A stretch of DNA of 64,000 nt from contig CAJINV010000001.1 in NCBI GenBank assembly GCA_905178155.1, positions 6,047,860-6,111,859 of the forward strand, in the 5' to 3' direction. This DNA is from Amoebophrya sp. A120. Lineage: Eukaryota; Protista; Dinoflagellata. Position 1 is the stretch's first letter, and every line of letters starts with the position of its first letter. This document shows positions 60,802-64,000 of the stretch, one piece after another. The position numbers and the translations under genes are program-made. A model generated the notes under the pieces. It had not been told where the DNA came from, ran no database searches, and saw only the letters and a list, made by a program, of their open reading frames with translations.

Positions 60802-63800
60802 ATGGACGCAGAGGCAAGGCGGAAGGCCCGCCGAGAGGAGCTGGACCGCCTTCTTGGCGTATCTTCTTCAAAGCCAGATAGGAACGAATCCTCTGCTTTG
60901 GACACCACCGAGTTCGCGCAGCCACCTCCTGGTGCGTCGACCTCTCACACAAGCTCAATCGACCTCCAGAGCAACGACTCAGAGTCAGTCCCGCCCGCGT
61001 CTGCACGGAGCCGCACGCGAAGCGCGCGCGCACGCGTCGACCTAGATGAACTTTTTAAGCGGCGGGACAACGATAAAAAGCAAAGAGCAGCGGCTGCACA
61101 AGATCGGGAGCGCCCGCGCGTCTTGCGCAGTAGGCTGCTTGGAGAGGACCTCCAAAATCAGAAGGCAAAAGGAGAAGCAGGGGAAAATTCGCGCACAAAC
61201 GCAAATAGCAATTTTGAAGGGGGAGAAGGACAGCGCCAGCGATCGGAGATTCGCACGACAAACAATGGCGTCGACGCAAGCGGATCGGTCAATTCCAGTC
61301 TTGACTTTGAACCGCAGCCGCGGCCTGGATCTACAAATTCTGCTTCTTCATCCACAAGTTCTACGTGGATGCTGAGCCACGCGAACCCCGAATCGAAGAA
61401 GCCATCGACCGTCGATCTCGATTTTCTTAAACCCAGCAGCAGCAGCAGCAGCAAAGAACGGACACGGAGAAGAGATGAAGAGCAAAGTGACATGATCAAA
61501 ACATCACATACGGTGTCCTCGAAAAATGATTCCAAAACGAGTCCCAACGAGCACTTGAGTTCGATGATTGAGGAGGACAGTATTCTGTCCGAGGAAAGCT
61601 CAACCAGGAACAATGTGAAGCGCAGCAAAAACTACGCTACGGACCAAGAATCGGAGCCACAGATTTATGTCGTCGATAATCAGGTATTGGGCAGGGAACC
61701 TTCCCCGCGAGAGCATACCGCCGAAGCGCTGCCGCCGCCACGAGTGCTGTTCTCCGCAAGTTCAGAAACTCCGAGTCTGCGACTGGAAAGCGCAGAAGTA
61801 GAGAAAAAATTGCAGAAGACGTCGCTTGACGGCGCGACGAGGGAGGACCAGCTTCACGTCTCGAGTGAGGCTCCAACTGAAGTGGAATCGTATCACTTAG
61901 GGGCTCCGGCAGCTGTTCCGGCAGCAGTGTCTGGAGCAGTGCAATCAAGGGAACCGACTCCAGAAGTTGGCGTTGTGTGCGAAGATGGGGAAGAGGACGA
62001 GGATCTCGTGATTCCTGGACTAAGCCACCACCACAAAGCTGAACCAGCGCCGGATCCAGCTGGCAATTTAGCATATCCATATTTACCGGCAAATACAGCA
62101 CCCACTGCGGTTGAAGGAGTGCCAGCTGAACCTCCTATGGCTATGGCAGAACATTACGAAATAAAGTCTGCAGCCACGGCTCCTAGTCAACATCTTCAAA
62201 TGACTGCAGCCCCTCCCACTGTCGCGCCGGCCACATCTTCACAGCAGCAAAATCCGTCCATTTGCATACAAGAGGCAGTAGACCACGGCACTGTAACAGA
62301 CGAGCGAGCGAACCAGCTGGAGCAACAGCTCCGAGGCCTCGTGACAAAGTGCGAGCAGCAGCAGGAAAAGATAAAAGTGCTCAAAGAGGGTTACCTGACC
62401 AAACAGAAGGAGGTGCAGCAGCTAGAAGCGCAGCGAGACGCGCTCTTTGCGGAATCCGAAAGCAACCAGCGCCAGCACCACCGCATGGAGGAGGAACTGA
62501 CCGAGGCCAAGCGGCGGCTGCAGCAAGTACAGAAGAGGAGCAAGGAAGCAAGCAACGGCGCGCATGGTCAACCGGGGATGACGAAGAGTAGTTCGTCGTC
62601 CGGGGTTGCGTCGAAGTTGCTGGGTGGGAATGCGTTGGAGTCTTTGCTTGGGTTTGGATCGTCTTCTGGCAGTGCTAGTAACAACTCCTCGAGCGGGAAT
62701 TCTAGAGCGAACGATGTCGACACGGAGAATCTGGTATCGCAGTTGCGCTTGATGCGTGAGGAGCTCGACCGACAGATTGGCGAGAACCAGCAGGTCCAGA
62801 GCCAGTTGTTCGACCTTTCAAGACTGAAAGCGGAAGAAATAAACAAGCTGGAGGACGACGTGACGCTGAAAAACGAAAAAGTGCACCAACTGCAGAACGA
62901 GGTATGGTCAAGATATGATGAGGATGTAGATCTGATCAATTTATTGCACACTTCTTTCTTGCATGTCCTCAGTTCCATTTTCACTTCGTGTCGTGTTGGC
63001 GCCGGCTGCAGCTGCCGCCATCGGCAGTACTTGTTTATTTTTCGGATCGCACAGCGCATTTTCACCTGCTCTGATTTGTTTCCCTTATCCTTCTGTGTCT
63101 GTCAACAGATCGTCACGCTCCAAAACGACTGCGACTCGCAGCGCCAGGCGGCGGCGAACCTGGAGCGACAGATCCAAGACGCGCAAACTGCGGTGCGCGA
63201 AAAGGACCAATTTGTTCTCCGCGTGTCCGAGGCCGCGGAGGGGCAAAAGGAAGAGTTTCGAAGGCATCTAGCCAGGTGTTTCCCGGTTTTCGATGGCAAA
63301 TACCTGCCGCCATCCGTGTGGTCTTTCTCTACTTCGAGCTCGGCGAGTGGTAGCAGGGGCAGGACCCTACTAGAGCGAAAGAACAGTGTGATACAGGAAT
63401 GGAGCCAGCACCTCCGGCGCATCCTCGAGTACTTCGAGGAGACAACCCTAGAAACCCTCGGCGCCTCCTTCGTTCCGGAAGCGGGGAAGTCGAAGCTCGT
63501 GCAGCGCATCGCTCGAAATAAGAACCTGGTGCTCCTAGCGATCGAGAGACTCATCGCTTGTTTGTGCACGCCCCTGCACGCTGTCCCTCTCTGGCCAAGT
63601 GAGGGTCATCTTCACCAGCATAGCGGTCCAGCAGGAGGATCTTCTGGACGAGGAAGAACAAGTCAGCGGCGTTTTGTCTCAACGACGACTAGTGGAAGAA
63701 GTTCCGAGCCTCTGGACCTCAATCTCGCTTACGCGGAACTCGCGCCGGAGCGGAAATTTTCCACGGACGCGTTCTGGCAGGAGAACTACCAAAATTGGGA

Positions 63801-64000
63801 CTACAGCGAGCGGGAAGCCGTGTTGCAGGTTTGGAACGCGGAACCGCTACCGTCGCCGCGTACGCAACAGGAGCTGCACCGCGCCCAGTACTTCAGCATC
63901 GCTTCACCTCCAAAAGAGACAGAATTGTTCCAAATGGAGGGACAGGTGCAGAACTTTCTTCTGCACCGCGTTGGTTCGACCACTTCCAGGGCGACAAATA
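60802..64000 (+). CDS. Coiled-coil protein, 5' part (runs off the window); weak resemblance to PPP1R21
   Basis: Open frame from MDAEARRKARREELDRLLG, apparently to the window end (absent from the ORF track, consistent with no stop). Probable in-frame GT-AG intron approx. 62902-63108. Heptad-rich QQLRGLVTKCEQQQEKIKVLKEG...LMREELDRQIGENQQV. Confidence 0.7.
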   Translation, partial: MDAEARRKARREELDRLLGVSSSKPDRNESSALDTTEFAQPPPGASTSHTSSIDLQSNDSESVPPASARSRTRSARARVDLDELFKRRDNDKKQRAAAAQDRERPRVLRSRLLGEDLQNQKAKGEAGENSRTNANSNFEGGEGQRQRSEIRTTNNGVDASGSVNSSLDFEPQPRPGSTNSASSSTSSTWMLSHANPESKKPSTVDLDFLKPSSSSSSKERTRRRDEEQSDMIKTSHTVSSKNDSKTSPNEHLSSMIEEDSILSEESSTRNNVKRSKNYATDQESEPQIYVVDNQVLGREPSPREHTAEALPPPRVLFSASSETPSLRLESAEVEKKLQKTSLDGATREDQLHVSSEAPTEVESYHLGAPAAVPAAVSGAVQSREPTPEVGVVCEDGEEDEDLVIPGLSHHHKAEPAPDPAGNLAYPYLPANTAPTAVEGVPAEPPMAMAEHYEIKSAATAPSQHLQMTAAPPTVAPATSSQQQNPSICIQEAVDHGTVTDERANQLEQQLRGLVTKCEQQQEKIKVLKEGYLTKQKEVQQLEAQRDALFAESESNQRQHHRMEEELTEAKRRLQQVQKRSKEASNGAHGQPGMTKSSSSSGVASKLLGGNALESLLGFGSSSGSASNNSSSGNSRANDVDTENLVSQLRLMREELDRQIGENQQVQSQLFDLSRLKAEEINKLEDDVTLKNEKVHQLQNEVWSRYDEDVDLINLLHTSFLHVLSSIFTSCRVGAGCSCRHRQYLFIFRIAQRIFTCSDLFPLSFCVCQQIVTLQNDCDSQRQAAANLERQIQDAQTAVREKDQFVLRVSEAAEGQKEEFRRHLARCFPVFDGKYLPPSVWSFSTSSSASGSRGRTLLERKNSVIQEWSQHLRRILEYFEETTLETLGASFVPEAGKSKLVQRIARNKNLVLLAIERLIACLCTPLHAVPLWPSEGHLHQHSGPAGGSSGRGRTSQRRFVSTTTSGRSSEPLDLNLAYAELAPERKFSTDAFWQENYQNWDYSEREAVLQVWNAEPLPSPRTQQELHRAQYFSIASPPKETELFQMEGQVQNFLLHRVGSTTSRATN

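Overview
Eukaryotic, intron-containing DNA, most probably from a dinoflagellate-lineage (Syndiniales/Amoebophrya-like) genome. Three things point that way: an exact 22-nt dinoflagellate spliced-leader sequence, all supportable genes lying on the + strand, and many non-canonical introns bounded by inverted repeats. Bases 1-36.2 kb hold a tandem array of four paralogous large membrane proteins. Each has an alpha2delta/CACHD1-like vWA ectodomain, a variable stalk, one TM helix and 6-9 cytoplasmic helical repeats (only the 3' end of the first paralogue is in the window). Downstream lie a vWA-Vwaint-Hint (Vint) protein, an unknown gene, EBP2, a split RING-CH protein, VAC14, a GT61-like glycosyltransferase and a partial coiled-coil protein. 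The dominant non-genic signal is a set of at least 17 TIR-bounded 'introner' introns with TAT...ATA-type ends. Removing each one plus exactly 5 nt (one copy of a target-site duplication) restores the reading frame; they work in either orientation, and the best-preserved ones share an internal TGT(C/G)ATGC motif. One introner carries a nested 2-kb insertion with a 15-bp TSD that begins with an intact spliced leader. All calls are by eye from sequence; no database searches were run.
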